A stretch of 64,000 bases of DNA from Isurus oxyrinchus (lineage: Eukaryota): positions 21,142,001 to 21,206,000 of the forward strand of contig JANJGN010000011.1 in assembly GCA_026770705.1 (NCBI GenBank), read 5' to 3'. Under the pieces are notes generated by a model. The model searched no databases. It had not been told where the DNA came from and saw nothing but the letters and a program-made list of their open reading frames with translations. How positions within the stretch are numbered: the stretch's first letter is position 1; each line of letters starts with the position of its first letter. Below are positions 61,136-64,000 of this stretch, piece by piece. The translations under genes and the position numbers were made by a program.

Positions 61136-62555
61136 ACTGGAGAATTACAAATGTTACACCCTTGTTTTAAAAAAAGGATATAATCCCAATTACAAGCCAG
61201 TCAATTTACCCTGGTGGTGGGGAAGCTTCTAGAAGCAATGTTTTGAGACTAAACTAATAGTCACTCGGGCAAATGCGGGTTAATTAAGGAAAGCTAGCAC
61301 AAATTTGTTAAGGGCAAATCAAGTTTAGCTAACTTGTTGGCGTTTTTTTAATGAGGTAACAGAGGGGGTTGATGAGGGTAATGCAGTTGATATGGTGTAC
61401 ACAGACTTCTAAAAGGCATTTGGTAAAATGCCCCATAACAGACTTCTGGGCATAGTTATAGTTCATGGAATTATAAAGGGACATATGAAATTGACTACGT
61501 GACAGGAAACAGCGAGTAGTAGTTAATGGATGGTTTTCTGACAGGAGGAAGGTTCATAGTGGAGTTTCCCAGGGGTCAGTTTTGGGACCTTTGCTTTTCC
61601 TGATGCATATTAATGATCTAGAGCTCTGGGTACAGAGCATAATTTCAAAATTTGCAGATGATATGTAACTTGGAGGCATGGTGAACTGTGAGTAGGATGG
61701 TGTAGAACTTCAAAAGGACATAGACAAGTTGGTGGAATAGGTAGACAAGTGGCAGATAAATCACTTCATGCCTCTCGGCATTGAATTTTATTTTATATTG
61801 TCTTTTCACATTCTTCCTACCAAAATGAAAGGTACAACTCTCAAGGGGATATAGGAGTAGAGGGACAAGGGTGTATATGTGCATTAATCATTGAAGGTGG
61901 TAGGACAAGTTGAGAGAGTGGGTAATAAAGCATACAGCATCCTAAACTTTATTAATTGGGACATAGGGTGCCAGAGCAAGGAGGTTGAACTTGGACAATA
62001 CACTATTTCGGCCTCAGCTGGAGTATTGTGTCCAGTTATGGGCGTCACACTTTAGGAGAGATGTGAAGGCATTAGAGTGAGTGTAGAAAAGATTCATGAG
62101 GATCGCCTCAGGGATGAGAAATTTCAGTTAATTAAAAAGATAGAAGTTGGGACTTGTTTTCCCTGGAGAAGAGAAGGTTGGGAGGAAATTTGATGGACGT
62201 ATTCAAAATCATGAGCTGTCTGGACAGAGTAGATGGTGGAAAAAATGTTCCCATGGTTGGAAGGATCAAGAACACGAGGGCACAAATTTCAGGTAAATAG
62301 CAAAAGAAGCAATGGCAACATGAGGAAAAACTTTTTCATGCAGCAAATGGTTAGGATCTGGAATGCACTGCCTGAGAATATGGTGGAGGCAGGTTCATGA
62401 GACATTCAAGAGTTGTTATTTGAAAGGGAAGAACGCGCAGGGCTTTGGGAGAAGGCGGGATAGTGGCATTAGGTAAATTGCTCCTATGGAGAAGCGGCAC
62501 AGAAACACCGTCCAAATGGCCTAATTCTGTGCTGTAACCGTTCTGTGATTCCATG
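61136..62555 (+). mobile_element. Second CR1 LINE copy, degenerate RT through 3' end
   Basis: ANVTPLFKK-, DF.KAF-, PQGSVLGP- and KFADD-like remnants; contains a permuted micro-inversion at 61760-61828. Confidence 0.82.
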
Positions 62556-62891
62556 TAGGCACTAAGAGCTGTATAAGATGGAGAGCTGGGGTGACATTTT
62601 CTGTATTGTGCAGTAGAGAATCAGTTGATCTCCCTATGGTGGCATCGATGAGATCACCAAATCACTGTGCAACAGATCATTAGCAGAAGCCTAGCACCCA
62701 CAATGTCTTGACACCAAGTGTGAAGAATTCAAATTATATTGACTGACTTTCTGAGATATTTATGAACTGAGTGATAGTTGGGGGAAAAATATTCAGTTCT
62801 TAATTATCTTTGTTCTTTGACCGAGAGCAGAGAAAAGCAGAACACTTGAAGTACCTATGCATCTTCCATCAAGTTTATTTTTCTTTGACAG

Positions 62892-63090
62892 GCGGTCTGA
62901 TGATTGGACTCTCTCTGCTGGTGGAAGTGGAACTATTTATGGCTGGGGACACAACCATAGAGGTCAGCTGGGGGGTATAGAAGGTGCGAAAGTTAAAGTT
63001 CCAACACCATGTGAGGCATTAGCAACCTTAAGGCCTGTGCAGCTGATCGGTGGAGAACAGACATTGTTTGCAGTAACAGCAGATGGAAAG
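62892..63090 (+). CDS. HERC2: HERC2 exon, start of RCC1-like domain 3
   Basis: tgacag|G CGG; RSDDWTLSAGGSGTIYGWGHNHRGQLGGIEGAKVKVPTPCEALATLRPVQLIGGEQTLFAVTADGK; donor AAG|gtgaat. Confidence 0.96.
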
Positions 63091-63360
63091 GTGAATTTTC
63101 AAATGTCCTTTGTTCATACTCTGTTAATGTTAGTTTTTTTTTTGAAGCATACATATGCTGTAACTAATTTTTTTGAAGTACAGTAGTGCAAATCATCAAA
63201 AGGCTACAATGGGACTTAGAAAATATTAACAAAATCAGTCTGTTTAAACTATTTTGCAGCAACTTCAATATTTGATTAGTGATAAATCAGAAGGAATATG
63301 GTTGTATGGCAATAAAGGTACATTGCAAGAATAATTCTGATTCTTACTTTAATACATTAG

Positions 63361-63575
63361 TTGTATGCCACTGGATACGGAGCTGGTGGGAGACTGGGGA
63401 TCGGAGGGACAGAGTCTGTATCTACCCCTACTTTGCTGGAATCCATTCAGCATGTTTTTGTAAAGAAGGTGGCAGTGAATTCGGGAGGCAAGCACTGCCT
63501 TGCCTTGTCATCTGAAGGAGAAGTCTACTCTTGGGGAGAGGCAGAAGATGGCAAGCTGGGGCATGGCAATAGAAG
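63361..63575 (+). CDS. HERC2: HERC2 exon, RLD3
   Basis: cattag|TTG; [71 protein letters not shown]; donor AAG|gtaaga. Confidence 0.96.
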
Positions 63576-63639
63576 GTAAGAGAGAACATTCTGGGGGATG
63601 GTATTTGTTTGTGTTACGCTGCTTCTTAATTCAATCTTT

Positions 63640-64000
63640 AATGGTGTAGAGGCATTAGAGAGAGTGCAGGAAAGATTTACAAGGATATTACCAAAAATGC
63701 AAGGGTAAACATAATCAGGAAATGCTGGATCTCGTTTCTCTTGAAAAAAGAAGTCCCGAGGGGTGACTTGATAGAGGCCTCTAAAATTAGGAAAGGTTTT
63801 GATTGGGTGGATACAGAGAGAATGTTTCCCCCTGTGGGGGAGAGCATAACTAGAGACCATCGATATAAAATAGTCATCAAAAAATCCAATAGGGAATTCA
63901 GAAGAAACTTCTTTACCCAAAGTTTGGTGAGAATGCGGAACTCACTACTACAGGGGTGGGTGAAGAGAATAGTATAGATGCATTTAAGAGGAACCTAGCT
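63640..64000 (+). mobile_element. CR1 LINE 3' fragment (runs off the window)
   Basis: RGDLIEASKIRKGFDWVDTERMFP...TRDHRYK...RRNFFTQ. Confidence 0.8.

Larger units (their letters stand above)
926..63575 (+). other. HERC2: HERC2 gene, internal portion (28 coding exons; both ends lie outside the window)
   Basis: Spliced exons translate into a continuous frame recognisable as HERC2 (ZZ, DOC, RLD2, RLD3 start). All introns are GT-AG, and exon lengths and phases are consistent at all 27 junctions. Confidence 0.98.

Noticed and set aside
1-64000. CRISPR arrays, prokaryotic operons or a novel standalone protein-coding gene
   Set aside because: No regularly spaced repeat-spacer array. All long ORFs are explained by HERC2 exons or retroelements, and the rest are short chance ORFs.

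Overview
This is eukaryotic, intron-rich vertebrate DNA. The repeat content (CR1/L2-group LINEs, Penelope-like elements, Tx1) suggests a cartilaginous fish (inference). The + strand carries 28 consecutive internal coding exons of the giant E3 ubiquitin ligase HERC2 (926..63575). They cover the ZZ zinc finger, DOC/APC10 domain, RCC1-like domain 2, linker, a CUB-like segment and the start of RCC1-like domain 3. All introns are GT-AG and the phases join into one frame (~4.1 kb, ~1370 codons). The introns are filled with nested mobile elements. The most notable are: (i) an apparently full-length Tx1-clade LINE (39506..44882) that begins exactly with the first 14 nt of U1 snRNA and sits inside a Harbinger-like MITE; (ii) fold-back Penelope-like insertions (2.4 kb, 1.6 kb, 163 bp, plus a 147-bp relative) whose tails carry minimal type-I hammerhead ribozyme motifs, some with a non-canonical CUGUCGA core; (iii) an 89-bp copy of a HERC2 exon interior pasted into a nearby intron; (iv) a solo LTR; and (v) a circularly permuted micro-inversion in a CR1. 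I found no prokaryotic systems, CRISPR arrays, rRNA or intact tRNA genes. All calls are by eye; repeat boundaries without a target-site duplication (TSD) are approximate.
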